From contig OY762897.2 of NCBI GenBank assembly GCA_963666515.2, positions 2,080,001-2,144,000 on the forward strand: 64,000 nucleotides of DNA. The letters run 5' to 3'. Under the pieces are notes generated by a model. That model was not told where the DNA came from. It saw nothing but the letters and a program-made list of their open reading frames with translations, and searched no databases. This stretch comes from Candidatus Binatia bacterium (lineage in GTDB: Bacteria > Desulfobacterota > Binatia > UBA9968 > JAJDTQ01). Shown one piece after another: positions 39,176 through 49,275 of this stretch; position 1 is the first letter of the stretch, and each line of letters starts with the position of its first letter. A program made the position numbers and the translations under genes.

Positions 39176-40174
39176 ATGCATACCTGTGCCATCGACATTC
39201 ACCACCACTACATGCCGCCGGGCCTGATCGAGGAGCTGAAGGTCCACGGCCAGGCCGTGGGCACGGAGGTGGGCCAAACCCCGGAAGGGCTGAATACCCT
39301 GACCATCGGAAGCGGGCCGAGCTTCGTGGTGCCGCCGCCGCTCATGGACGTGGCCAAGCGGCTGGAGAACATGGACAAGGGCAAGATCGCCCTGGCGACC
39401 CTGGAGCCCCACACCGCATGCCTGGGCTACCGGCTCAACCCGGAGCAGGGCGAGGCGTGGTGCAACCTCTACAACGAGGGGCTGATGGAGCTGCGGAGGC
39501 GGCACCCGGACCGTTTCGCCGCGCTTGCGGCGGTGCCGTTGCAGGATCCGAAGCGTGCGGCCAAGGTGCTGGAGCGCGGCATCCTGGAGCACAAGCTGGC
39601 CGGGGCCTACATCGGCACCAACGTGAACGGCGAGTACTACCGGAGCCACGAGTTCGACGCCTTCTGGGGCAAGGCCCAGGAACTGGACGCGCTCATCGTC
39701 ATGCACCCCGAGGACATCGCAGGGCTGGAACGCATGGGCGCCTACGGCCTGTTCCTGATCTGCGGCAATCCCGCGGACACGGCCCTGTCGCTGGGGTTCA
39801 TGACCTACAGCGGCGTGTTCGACCGGTTCCCCGACCTGAAGCTCTGCACGCTCCACGGCGGCGGCTTCTTCCCCTACCACCTGGGGCGTTTCGACCAGGG
39901 ATTCGGAGTGCGGCCGGGGGCCGCGGACGCGGAGGCGGAGAACAAGCCCAGCGCCTACCTGAAAAACCTTTACTCCGACGCGCTGGTGTACCGTGTCGAC
40001 ACCCTGGAGTACCTGAAGAGCCTGCTGGGGTGGGAGCACCTGATGGTGGGGACGGACTACCCCTATCCGCTGGGCGACTGGAACGCGGTGGAGAAGGTGG
40101 AGGGGCTGGATTGTTCGGACGAGGAGAAGCTGGCGATCCTGGAGGGGAATGCGAGGCGGCTGTTGAAGTTGTAG
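39176..40174 (+). CDS. Amidohydrolase family 2, ACMSD-like decarboxylase
   Basis: IDIHHH, VPLQDP, IVMHP, HGGGFFPY, GTDYPY; AAGGAG RBS. Confidence 0.9.
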   Translation: MHTCAIDIHHHYMPPGLIEELKVHGQAVGTEVGQTPEGLNTLTIGSGPSFVVPPPLMDVAKRLENMDKGKIALATLEPHTACLGYRLNPEQGEAWCNLYNEGLMELRRRHPDRFAALAAVPLQDPKRAAKVLERGILEHKLAGAYIGTNVNGEYYRSHEFDAFWGKAQELDALIVMHPEDIAGLERMGAYGLFLICGNPADTALSLGFMTYSGVFDRFPDLKLCTLHGGGFFPYHLGRFDQGFGVRPGAADAEAENKPSAYLKNLYSDALVYRVDTLEYLKSLLGWEHLMVGTDYPYPLGDWNAVEKVEGLDCSDEEKLAILEGNARRLLKL

Positions 40175-40187
40175 AGGCAGGGGGGGC

Positions 40188-40265
40188 CGCCGGATGCCGG
40201 GGTGAGGCCCGGGAAGACGAAGGGCGGACCCAACGTCTTCCCGGGCCTCACCCCGGCATCCGGCG
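40188..40265. repeat. 32-bp perfect inverted repeat (paired REP-like units) between convergent genes
   Basis: CGCCGGATGCCGGGGTGAGGCCCGGGAAGACG (40188-40219) and its exact complement (40234-40265). Confidence 0.9.
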
Positions 40266-40320
40266 AAGGCGGTGGTATGCGACGATCATGGTCGTTCGTT
40301 CCGCCCCTGGCGTGGAAAGG

Positions 40321-42480
40321 CTAGCCCGTCGGCCAGAGGGGGAAGATGGACTCCGGCCAGACGATGTGCAGGGCGAAGTCGTAGAAGCCGACGATGAGCG
40401 CCAGGAACGCGAGGGCGACGCCTGCGGAGCCCAGCCAGCCGGCCTTGCCGTAGTACATGAGATAGAGGAAGAGCATGCCCGGCAGGGCCACGTGCACGCC
40501 GATGAGCCAGATGGCCACGTACATGATCGTGGTGAAGCCGAAGATGCGCACGAACCGCTGGCCCTCGGTCTTGGGATCGTCCCCGAGGATGAAGCCCGTG
40601 TCCATGATGTCGCCTTCCTCGATGCGCTTCTCCGGGGTGCCTCGCAGCAGCGTCCACACCCGGATGAGCCAGAACGGCGTCCCCACCAGCACCGCGAGCC
40701 TCGGCATCAGGTCGGCGCCTTCCGGATAACTGAACGAGTCGATGAACATGTACAGAAAGAAGGCGCCCACCGCGAGCAGGAGCACGACCTCTCCGGCGAC
40801 CTCCAGGGTGAAGCGGCGTCCGGGGGAACTTTCCCCGCCCTTGTCGGCCGCTACCGGTGATTCCGCGACGGCTTCCCGTACTGCCGCATCATCCAGGTCC
40901 TCCCGGGCTCCGGCCGTGTCATCGCCTGCCGCCGGCGCGCCGCCTTCCGCCGTCGCCTGCCCGGACTCCTCACCCTCGGTCATGGACATCATGGCCTGCC
41001 GGGCACCGCGCTGCGCTCGCAGGCTGAACAGGGTCACCGCGACCATGAAGGCCAGGATGGCCAGGAACTGCGGCCGCAGGAGCATGCCCCAGCCGTAGTT
41101 GCTGACCGAGATCCACAGGAACCGCTCCAGGATGTCGGCCAGCGCCACGGCGATGAGGATGGGCGGACGCGGCCAGCCGTAGCGCTTCATGAACACGCCC
41201 AGCAGGCCGAAGGCCAGCACCGCGCCCAGGTCTCCCAGGTTGCCGGCGGCGGCCAGCGCCGCCAGCGAGACGATGCCCACCACCACCGGAGCCAGGATGT
41301 TGGGCGGGATCACCGAGATGCGGCACAGGGTCGGGGCGAAGGCCAGCATGATGGGCACCACGACAAGATTGGCGAAGGCGATGGTGTAGACCATGCTCAC
41401 GGTGAGGTCGAGGTGCCGCGTGAGCATGAGCGGGCCCGGCGTGATGCCGGTGAGGATGAGGATGGCCAGCACGATGGCCATGCCGCCGCTGCCGGGAATG
41501 CCGAAGACGACGGTGGGAATGAGCACACCCCCGTCCACCGAGTTGTTGGCGGCGTCGGAGGCGATGACGCCGCGCACGTCGCCCTTGCCGAAGGTCTCGG
41601 TGCCGCCGGGCTCGGTCTGCCGCGCCTGGGCGTAGGCGATCCAGTGGGCGGCGCTGCCGCCGACCCCCGGCATGATGCCCACGAACACGCCGATGAGGGA
41701 CGAGCGGATCATCAGCCACTTGTGGCTCCAGGCCTGCAACATGCCCCGCCACACGTCGGATTTGGCCTCCCGGAGCAGCGTGTCCAGCCGCTGCCGGGCG
41801 ATGGTGGTGTCCCCCACCACCAGCGCGATGGCCTCGGGCAGCGCGAACAGCCCCACCACCACCGGCACCAGCGTGAAGCCGTCCCAGAGGTAGAAGTCGA
41901 ACCCCATGGCGGCGCGCACGTTGCCGCCCAGGTCGGCGTAGCCCACCATGGCGATGGCGATGCCGAAGGCCGCGGTGAGGATGCCCTTGACGAAGGCTCC
42001 GGCGCTCACCACGGCCACGGCCAGCACCCCCATGAGCGTCAGCAGGAAGAACTCCGCGGAGCCGAACCACTCCAGGAGCTGGCGGCTCACCGGCAGCGCC
42101 AGCAGCAGCGCGATGGCGCCGATGACGCCGCCCACGATGGTGGTGGTGTAGCTCGCGCCCAGCGCGACCCCGGCCAGGCCCTGCTGGGCCATGGGATAGC
42201 CGTCCAGCACCGTGGCCTGGGCGGAGCGGGCGCCGGGAACGCCGAACAGGATGGCGGGGATGGGCTCGGTGATGTCGCTGGCCGCCATGTGGAACACCAC
42301 GATGGTGATGGCGACCCAGGGGTCGAGGTGGACCGCGAGGCTCAGGACCACCACGGACACCGGCAGCCCGCCTCCGGGCATGAGCCCGGAGAACAGCGCC
42401 ACCGGCAGCACCAGCGCCATCGCCAGCAGCGGCCCCGGCGAAAACAGGTGGAAGAAAGCGTCAACGGACGCTTCGAGCAT
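40321..42480 (-). CDS. tctA: Tripartite tricarboxylate transporter TctA with fused TctB-like C-terminus
   Basis: ILFGVPG..SAQATVLDGYPMA, FGKGDVRGV, FGIPGS, WPRPP; acidic linker then four TM helices. Confidence 0.88.
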   Translation of the reverse strand: MLEASVDAFFHLFSPGPLLAMALVLPVALFSGLMPGGGLPVSVVVLSLAVHLDPWVAITIVVFHMAASDITEPIPAILFGVPGARSAQATVLDGYPMAQQGLAGVALGASYTTTIVGGVIGAIALLLALPVSRQLLEWFGSAEFFLLTLMGVLAVAVVSAGAFVKGILTAAFGIAIAMVGYADLGGNVRAAMGFDFYLWDGFTLVPVVVGLFALPEAIALVVGDTTIARQRLDTLLREAKSDVWRGMLQAWSHKWLMIRSSLIGVFVGIMPGVGGSAAHWIAYAQARQTEPGGTETFGKGDVRGVIASDAANNSVDGGVLIPTVVFGIPGSGGMAIVLAILILTGITPGPLMLTRHLDLTVSMVYTIAFANLVVVPIMLAFAPTLCRISVIPPNILAPVVVGIVSLAALAAAGNLGDLGAVLAFGLLGVFMKRYGWPRPPILIAVALADILERFLWISVSNYGWGMLLRPQFLAILAFMVAVTLFSLRAQRGARQAMMSMTEGEESGQATAEGGAPAAGDDTAGAREDLDDAAVREAVAESPVAADKGGESSPGRRFTLEVAGEVVLLLAVGAFFLYMFIDSFSYPEGADLMPRLAVLVGTPFWLIRVWTLLRGTPEKRIEEGDIMDTGFILGDDPKTEGQRFVRIFGFTTIMYVAIWLIGVHVALPGMLFLYLMYYGKAGWLGSAGVALAFLALIVGFYDFALHIVWPESIFPLWPTG

Positions 42481-42495
42481 GAAGGCTCCCGGCGT

Positions 42496-43545
42496 CTATC
42501 GCTTCTCGCCCATCAGCTTCTGGAAGAACAGCGCGCCGTCAGGAGGCAGATCCTTGATGGTGGCGAGCTGTTTCTCGTAGTGCTCCGGAGAACCGTAGCC
42601 CACGTCGTAGCCGGCGACGGTGGCGATCTTCACGAATTCCGGGTCCTCAATGGTAGCCTTGAAGGCCTTGCGCCAAGTGTCCACGATGGGTTGGGGCGTC
42701 TTCGGCGGCAGCATGAAGGCCCTGAGGGACTGGTGGATGTTCACGGCCGTGTTGAATGCCGTTTTCTGCGCCTCACTGATCTTCAGACCCGGCAGCTTGA
42801 GGATGTTGCGTGGCATCTTGGCTTCCATCCGCGCGAGCCACCCTTCGCTGGGCGGGGCGTTCCACCAGAAGATCGGCACCAGCCGCTTCTTCTCGACAAG
42901 CTCCGGGTACATGCGCGGCAGGCGGCGCTCCAGGCAGGTCACCACCTCGGTCTCGCCCCGGGCGAAGGCCGCAAACTCCTCGGCTGTGGACTTGTAGCCG
43001 TAGATCAGCTTCATGGGGCCGCCCACGAGCTGGACGAACTCCCCGCCCATGGGAACACGGCCGATGCCGGGCCGCTGGGACGCCATCCGCAACTGCCGCC
43101 CCATCTTGAGCATGTCTTCCCAGGACTTGGCGACGTTGCGGTCGACGCAGATGGTGTAGTTGTCGTCCACCAGTGTGGGCGCGCCCAGGATGATGAGTTC
43201 CTTGACGTCGAAGCCCGGCACGTCCACCCCTGCCAGCTCCTTCATCACCAGGCTGGTGAAATGCGGACCCACCGTGAGGCCGTTGGGCTTTTGGCGGTTG
43301 ATGTACTGGGTTCCCTTGAGGCCGGCGCCGCCGGGAACGTTGCGCACGATGAACCGGGGACTGCCCGGCAAGTGCTTGGGGGCCACCTTGGCGAACAGGC
43401 GGGCGATAATGTCGTAGCCGCCCCCCGCGCCGGTGCCGACGATGAGGTTGATGGTCTTGCCCTTGAAGTTGACGTCCTGTGCGGCAACATTGCCTGCAAG
43501 GAACAGGACGAACAATGCGGCGACGGCAAAGCGCATGTGTCTCAT
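42496..43545 (-). CDS. tctC: TTT substrate-binding protein TctC (Bug family)
   Basis: Signal peptide; IVGTGAGGGYDIIAR, VRNVPGGAG, PPKTPQPIV. Confidence 0.88.
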   Translation of the reverse strand: MRHMRFAVAALFVLFLAGNVAAQDVNFKGKTINLIVGTGAGGGYDIIARLFAKVAPKHLPGSPRFIVRNVPGGAGLKGTQYINRQKPNGLTVGPHFTSLVMKELAGVDVPGFDVKELIILGAPTLVDDNYTICVDRNVAKSWEDMLKMGRQLRMASQRPGIGRVPMGGEFVQLVGGPMKLIYGYKSTAEEFAAFARGETEVVTCLERRLPRMYPELVEKKRLVPIFWWNAPPSEGWLARMEAKMPRNILKLPGLKISEAQKTAFNTAVNIHQSLRAFMLPPKTPQPIVDTWRKAFKATIEDPEFVKIATVAGYDVGYGSPEHYEKQLATIKDLPPDGALFFQKLMGEKR

Positions 43546-43652
43546 GGCGGATTCCTTTCTCCGTGTCTTCCACGGATGGTGGCCCGTCACTTGAGCTATA
43601 GGCCACTAAACGCCGATATTCACTTGTCTTTCCTTTGCTGAACTCCCTGCGT

Positions 43653-44768
43653 TTACGGATAGAGGGCGTCGACCATCCGGCGCTTGTGATAGTCCGGCGT
43701 GCCCAGGTACTGGTAGAGCGTGTGCGCCAGCACGCTGTGGACCATCAGCGGATGCAGGTAGTCCGTGCCCGGTCCGGCGTGCACCATGTGCGAGTAGCTG
43801 CACGCCTGGTGGTAGCCCTCGCTGGCCGCGGCCTTGGACTCGTGGATGCCGGCCTCCGCGGGCAGTCCCTCGTCCAGCTCCCACAGGGTCTCATAGGTGG
43901 CCATGCGCGCCCGGTCCATGTGGATCGAAAGCTCCACGCAGTGGTCCTGCACCCGCTGGAAGCGGCCGATGAGCTGGCCGAAGGCGCGGCGTTCGTTGGT
44001 GTACCGGACGGTGAAGTCGTAGATCTCCTGGCACGCCCCCACCTTGTAGGCGCACAGGATCGGAATGGCCTTCTCCGCGGCCTTGTCCAGCAGCTCCCAG
44101 CCCGCGCCTGCCGCGCCGACGAGGTTTCCGGCAGGGACCTCTACGTTGTCGAAGGAGACCTCGCTCACCGACACCATGAAACCGTTGTGCGGCGTCACCG
44201 TCACCCCCGGCGCGTTCCGGTCCACCAGCACCACCGAGACCCCGCCGTCGCCGCCGCGCACCGCGCACAGGAAGGCGGTGGCGCCCTCGGCGTCGTAGAC
44301 GTGGCGCTTGGCGCCCTGGAGGGTCAGGGTGTCGCCGGACTGCGAGCACGCGGTGGCGACCGTCTCCGGCCCCCAATGGGCGCCGTGGTCGCCGATGGCC
44401 GGGATGACGATGGCGTCGCCACCGCAGATGGCCGGCAACAGCTCCTGCTTCTGGGCGTCGGAGCCGCCGTCGAGCACGATCTGCGCCGCCAGCACGCCGG
44501 ACGAGAATACCGGCCCGGGAACCGGCGCGCGCCCGAGCTCCTCGAACACCACCCCGCAGTCCAGGTAGGACAACCCGGCGCCGCCGTACTGCTCCGGCAT
44601 GAGCATGCCGAGCCAGCCCAAGCCGGCGATCTTGGCGTAGAGGTCGGGCAGGAAGGTCTCCTTCTTGAGGAACTGCTGCGTCAGCATGGTGGTGGGCGCC
44701 TCCGCCTGGACGAAGTCCGCGGCCACCTTCTTGAACATCTCCTGGTCTTCGTTGAGTCTCAGATCCAT
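43653..44768 (-). CDS. Acyl-CoA dehydrogenase, short partner subunit
   Basis: LGWLG..PEQYGGAG, EELGRAPVPGP, RRAFGQLIGRFQ. Confidence 0.9.
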   Translation of the reverse strand: MDLRLNEDQEMFKKVAADFVQAEAPTTMLTQQFLKKETFLPDLYAKIAGLGWLGMLMPEQYGGAGLSYLDCGVVFEELGRAPVPGPVFSSGVLAAQIVLDGGSDAQKQELLPAICGGDAIVIPAIGDHGAHWGPETVATACSQSGDTLTLQGAKRHVYDAEGATAFLCAVRGGDGGVSVVLVDRNAPGVTVTPHNGFMVSVSEVSFDNVEVPAGNLVGAAGAGWELLDKAAEKAIPILCAYKVGACQEIYDFTVRYTNERRAFGQLIGRFQRVQDHCVELSIHMDRARMATYETLWELDEGLPAEAGIHESKAAASEGYHQACSYSHMVHAGPGTDYLHPLMVHSVLAHTLYQYLGTPDYHKRRMVDALYP

Positions 44769-44778
44769 GATGTCGTCC

Positions 44779-45993
44779 TTACACCGTTTCCGGCGCCTTC
44801 TCCTTCGTCTCCCGGCCGATGCCGGCGCGACGGGCGAAGATGAGCCGGTCGGTGTCCAGCGTGCCACCGCCGTGGAGCTGCCCGGGGCCGCTGCGGATGA
44901 CGTACTCGAAGTCCAGCACCTCGTGCACGCCGTGATCCGGGATCAGCGCGTCCGCGCCCATGATCTTCTGCAGCCGCTCGCCGTTCCTGAGCCGGACCAT
45001 GCGCTGGTAGTAGCGGAACTGGGCGCCGCCGTAGGCGTGCGGCTCCTTGACGAAACGGTGCCAGAAGATGCGCCGGTTCATGCGGTTGACCGTGTTGATC
45101 TCCAGGATCATGTCGGCGATGATGTCGCGCACGTGCGGATCGTCGATGAGCGGCTTGCCGCCCACCTCGTGGTTCCGGCAGTACTCCACCACCCGGTCCA
45201 CCACCGGGTCGGTGCCGACCCGGCCGTCGCCGCCGTGCTCCAACTCCAGGTGGGTGTGGGCCACCTTCCAGCCGTTGTTCTCGCCGCCGACGAGGTACTT
45301 GGCGGGCACCCGCACGTTGTCGAAGAACACCGCGTTCTTGATGCCCATCATCAGGTGCATGTGCTGGATGGTGACGCCCGGCAGGTCGGCCGGGATGTGC
45401 AGCCAGCCCAGGTTCTCGTGGCGCTTGCCGTCGGGGTCGGTGCACACCAGCGTCCACAGCACGTCCGGCGGCAGGTGGTGGCCCACCATCACCTTCTGGC
45501 CGTTGACGATGTAGTCGTCGCCATCGCGGATGGCGCGAGTCTGGCAGTTGGCTACGTCGCTGCCGCTCTGGGGCTCGGTAAGCACCTGCCACACCACGAT
45601 CTCGCCGCGGGCGATGGGCGGCAGGAACTCGCGCTTCTGCTCCTCGCTGCCCCAGTGGAGCAGCACCGGGGCGACGATGCGCGCCAGAGTGTAGAAGATG
45701 TGGGTGAGGTTCAGGCCGTAGCGCGACAGCTCGGTCTCCAGCACGAACTGGTGATCCACGGTGAGGCCGGCGCCGCCGTACTCCTCCGGGAACATCGGGA
45801 ACAGCCAGCCCTTCTTGCCCAGCTTCTCCCCCAGGCCGCGGCGGAAGCCGTACTCCTCCTCGTCCTCCCGGGTGGACCACGAGGCCGACCACCGCAGGTG
45901 CTCCGAGCCCTTCATGTTCTCTTCCATCCAGGCCCGGACCTCCTTGCGGAACTCGGTCATCTCCGGTGAGTCTTCTTGCAGGTTGAAATCCAT
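44779..45993 (-). CDS. Acyl-CoA dehydrogenase
   Basis: PEEYGGAG, LTEPQSGSD, YIVNGQK, VFFDNVRVP, GGENNGW. Confidence 0.9.
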   Translation of the reverse strand: MDFNLQEDSPEMTEFRKEVRAWMEENMKGSEHLRWSASWSTREDEEEYGFRRGLGEKLGKKGWLFPMFPEEYGGAGLTVDHQFVLETELSRYGLNLTHIFYTLARIVAPVLLHWGSEEQKREFLPPIARGEIVVWQVLTEPQSGSDVANCQTRAIRDGDDYIVNGQKVMVGHHLPPDVLWTLVCTDPDGKRHENLGWLHIPADLPGVTIQHMHLMMGIKNAVFFDNVRVPAKYLVGGENNGWKVAHTHLELEHGGDGRVGTDPVVDRVVEYCRNHEVGGKPLIDDPHVRDIIADMILEINTVNRMNRRIFWHRFVKEPHAYGGAQFRYYQRMVRLRNGERLQKIMGADALIPDHGVHEVLDFEYVIRSGPGQLHGGGTLDTDRLIFARRAGIGRETKEKAPETV

Positions 45994-46035
45994 GGACTCT
46001 CCTTCGTCGCTATGCTGCCAGTTCAACCGACTCCG

Positions 46036-46105
46036 TGTTTCCCGGCGGCCTCTCCGTCATTCCCGGCGGCCCCCTGTCCGTCATTCCGGCGAAAGCCGGA
46101 ATCCA
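46036..46105 (+). repeat. REP/dRS3-like palindrome preceded by two degenerate half-copies
   Basis: GTCATTCCGGC-GAAA-GCCGGAATCCA at 46080-46105 after TTCCCGGCGGCC repeats. Confidence 0.85.
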
Positions 46106-46123
46106 GGGCTCGCCCGGGTCCCC

Positions 46124-47194
46124 TCAGCCCGTCCGTATCGGCTTGGTCACCGCCAGCGTGTTCCGTCCCGTCCACATGGGCAGCAGCACGCAGTGCCGGT
46201 GCTTGCCGCCGGTCACGATCACCATGATGTCGTCGGGCCGGGTGGCCAGGTGCACGATGCCGTCGGGGGTGACGTTGGGGGACTCCCGCAGCAGTTCCTC
46301 GTCGCTCTTGGTGCCCTTGCGGCGGTCCGGGATGCTGGCGAAGGTGAGGGTGGAATGCTCCCACAGGTACTCGCGGACGTCCGCCCGCGTGATGCCGTCC
46401 CGGGCCATGATCTCGGCGTCCTCGCTGCACAGGGCCACCAGCGGCGTGCCGCCGCCGAAGCTGCCCACGTCCAGGTGGCTGCCGCCGTGGTGCATGGCGA
46501 TGACCTCGGCCAGCGACGACAGCGCCTCCTGCCCGGTGCTGCCGGCGGTGTGCATGGGGATGAAGCCGTTGATGCCGCACACGGTCACGGCGCTCTGCTC
46601 GGGCTTGTAGCCCCGGCTCACGTGGTAGGGCTCCCAGGGGCTCTTCTCTTCGTTCTCGCCGAAGCAGAAGCTGTACTTGCCGGGCCAGCCGAAGGTGGCG
46701 CGGTCGGTGTCGCCGGGATAGCCGCCGCCGATGGTGATGAGGATCAGGCGGACGGCGCGGCCGATGGTGGCGTTGGCGCGGTGGCCGGGGCCGAACGCGC
46801 CGGCGTCGCAGTTGATGCCGATCTCGTTCCGCACCGGGCCGTTCACCAGCAGCGCCGGACCCGCGTAGCCGGTGGTGGCCTGGACCCCGTAGAGGTTGAA
46901 GCGGGGCTCCATGATGCCCTCGACCGCGGCGATGACCACCGGCAGGTATTCCGGCAGGCAGCCCGCCATCACGCAGTTGACGGCGACCTTCTCGACCGTG
47001 GCCGGTGCCCACTTGGGCGGCACCTGCCCCAGTATCTCCTGGGGGTCGCGGTGGGTGCCCGCGAGCATGCGCTCCACGCGCTCGCGGGTGGGCGGCACGA
47101 TGGGCAGGCCGTCGCTCAACTGGCGCTCCAGGAACCAGTCGTTGGCCGCCTCCAGCGAGTCCTCCACCTCGATGACGTCGGAGACGAGCTTCAC
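46124..47194 (-). CDS. Conserved partner protein of UGSC selenoproteins
   Basis: SDGLPIVPPTRERVERML, ATVEKVAVNCVMAGC, RANATIGRAVRL, ENEEKSPW; GTGA overlap with the upstream gene. Confidence 0.8.
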   Translation of the reverse strand: MKLVSDVIEVEDSLEAANDWFLERQLSDGLPIVPPTRERVERMLAGTHRDPQEILGQVPPKWAPATVEKVAVNCVMAGCLPEYLPVVIAAVEGIMEPRFNLYGVQATTGYAGPALLVNGPVRNEIGINCDAGAFGPGHRANATIGRAVRLILITIGGGYPGDTDRATFGWPGKYSFCFGENEEKSPWEPYHVSRGYKPEQSAVTVCGINGFIPMHTAGSTGQEALSSLAEVIAMHHGGSHLDVGSFGGGTPLVALCSEDAEIMARDGITRADVREYLWEHSTLTFASIPDRRKGTKSDEELLRESPNVTPDGIVHLATRPDDIMVIVTGGKHRHCVLLPMWTGRNTLAVTKPIRTG

Positions 47195-47772
47195 CTAGCT
47201 TCCGCCCCCGAAGCACCGGCCTCCGCCGGCTTGCCGGCGTCGGCGTCCGTCAGGATCTCGCGCACCGGCCCGATGGCGATCCTTGCATCCTCGGCGTGCT
47301 CGCCCGGCCGCGCGCCGCCGCTCGGGTGGTGCGGGATCTGCACCAGCGGCAGCTTGGGCATGCCGAAGAACGTCGCTTCCTTCCGGCCCAGCTCCATGAA
47401 GATGGTCTGGCACAGGGTCACCGTGGGGGTGCCGCGCTTCTGGATCTCGATGGCGTCGTGGACACTCCACGACGTGCAGGACCCTCAAGCGCCCAGGCCG
47501 GTGACGACCGCGTCGCACCGGCTCAGCATCTCCTCGATCATCTCCCCCGGCGCCGCATTCATGTGGCTGGGCTTCTTCTTGAGCAGCACCTCGGCCGCGC
47601 CCGTCTGCTCCTCGATCAGCCTCGCCAGTTCCTCGAACATCGGACTCGAGTTGGCCTGACCGTTGTCGATGATGCCGACGACTTTCCCGGCCAGACCATC
47701 CAGCCCAGGGACGGGCGGATGATTCTCCAGCAGGACGTCGGCCCTTGGATCGAGCATCTCAAGCTTTCCCAT
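47191..47772 (-). CDS. UGSC family selenoprotein (Sec UGA at 47485-47487)
   Basis: ORFs 47485..47784 and 47191..47421 are one frame: ...GLGA-U-GSCTSWSVHDAIEIQKRGTPTV... Confidence 0.88.
47454..47474 (-). other. Bacterial SECIS-like hairpin
   Basis: CGUCGUGGA-GUG-UCCACGACG starting 10 nt after the UGA; loop begins GU. Confidence 0.75.
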
Positions 47773-47851
47773 GAGGCCCTCCATCGCACGCGTGATTTAC
47801 CTGCGAGACCTTACCCAAGGGGCAATTGGATTGTCAACGGCATGACGAGCG

Positions 47852-49060
47852 TCACAAGAGCTGGGACAAGAAAGTTCTGGCCGGGACCACCAGGGGCGGT
47901 CCCGGTCCCGCAAAGCAATCGGCGTCAACGAAGTCCGCATCTACCACCACCTGAAACGCAAACGGCGCGTTGACCTGATCCTGGAAGTACTTGAGAGACC
48001 CGCTCATGGATTCATCCCGGTGTTTCACCTCCACCAGGAACCAGGGTCGGCCTTCGCGGGCCACTACGAAGTCCACTTCCCGCTTTTCCCTGTCGCGCAG
48101 GTAGCCGAGTTCAAACCGCCCGAGGCCCATATCGTTCCAACCGTCAACCGCCTTGAGGAGATGACACGCAACAAAAGTCTCCGCTTTCTCCCCCACATCC
48201 TCGATATCCGACCAGTCCCTCAAGTACCACTTGGGCTCCTTGCGCAGCGATCGGGAGACGTTCCGGAACCACGGTCTGACGAGAAAGCCCAGGTGGAAGT
48301 CGCACAGTGTGGCGACCCAGCGACGGACGGTGTCCGCCGCCACCCGCACTTCTCCGGCGAGGTTGCCGTACACGAGTTGACCCCCCGACTGACGGCTCAG
48401 TCGATGGACAAGGACCTCCATCTGGTCGATCTGCTGAACCTGGGTGATGTCGCGGATGTCTTCCCGGACCAGTTGCGCGAGACGTAGCGACCGCCACCTA
48501 CGGCTGAAGCGGATGTCGCGTTTAAGGAACGGCTCAGGATATCCCCCGTGACTCCAAAGCGCTTCGAAATCACCTGCGTCGATTCTGCCTGGAAACCGGA
48601 CGATCCGCTCGGGATCGGGAAGCTCCCTACTTATCGTCTCCGCTACGGAGAAAGGGTGCATCCGGTAGGAGAAGTACCGCCCCATCAGGCTGTCGCCACC
48701 CCTGCGGAAGACGTCCAGACGGCTGCTGCCCGTGACGATGATCCGGAGGCGGTCACTATAGGTGTCGAACAGGCCCTTGAGGAAGGGTTTCCAGTTCGGG
48801 AACTTGTGTAGTTCGTCGAAGAGCGCTACCGGAGAGGTGGCGGAGAGCCGCTCCACTCCCATGGCGGCGGCAAGGCTGGCCGGACCCGCCAGCACGAGTT
48901 CCCGGTCGTCGAGATTGTCCCAGTTGCAGTAGTTGTCGGCGTGACGCCGGCACGTCGTGGTCTTGCCCACCTGCCGCGGACCGCTGACAAACACCATCTG
49001 CCGGTTGGCGGACAAGTGCTCGGCCAGCAGGGCATCGTAGACGCGCGATTCCGTGTCCAT
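47852..49060 (-). CDS. AAA+ ATPase (AAA_14 + DUF4143)
   Basis: GPRQVGKTT, FDELHK, TGSS, GGYPEP, KREVDFV..LVEVK. Confidence 0.9.
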   Translation of the reverse strand: MDTESRVYDALLAEHLSANRQMVFVSGPRQVGKTTTCRRHADNYCNWDNLDDRELVLAGPASLAAAMGVERLSATSPVALFDELHKFPNWKPFLKGLFDTYSDRLRIIVTGSSRLDVFRRGGDSLMGRYFSYRMHPFSVAETISRELPDPERIVRFPGRIDAGDFEALWSHGGYPEPFLKRDIRFSRRWRSLRLAQLVREDIRDITQVQQIDQMEVLVHRLSRQSGGQLVYGNLAGEVRVAADTVRRWVATLCDFHLGFLVRPWFRNVSRSLRKEPKWYLRDWSDIEDVGEKAETFVACHLLKAVDGWNDMGLGRFELGYLRDREKREVDFVVAREGRPWFLVEVKHRDESMSGSLKYFQDQVNAPFAFQVVVDADFVDADCFAGPGPPLVVPARTFLSQLL

Positions 49061-49275
49061 AGCTTGACCATTATCCATAGCATCGTATTCTGGTCAAGAC
49101 TATTCGACGATGTACCGTATTTTGGCCGGACTTCGTCGTACTTGGTCAATCCCTCGGGCCGACATATGGCATGGAACTTGCGTTACTCAACGGCATGTCG
49201 GCTTGACGGGCCAAGGCTCAAAGGATAGGTTCCAACACGGCGGTCGTTACGGCCGCACTATGGGGAGACTGACCG

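Noticed and set aside
46036-46105. Possible mini CRISPR array
   Set aside because: Degenerate REP half-units without spacers; no cas genes
47485-47487. Nonsense mutation making a pseudogene
   Set aside because: UxxC context and adjacent SECIS-like hairpin favour selenocysteine
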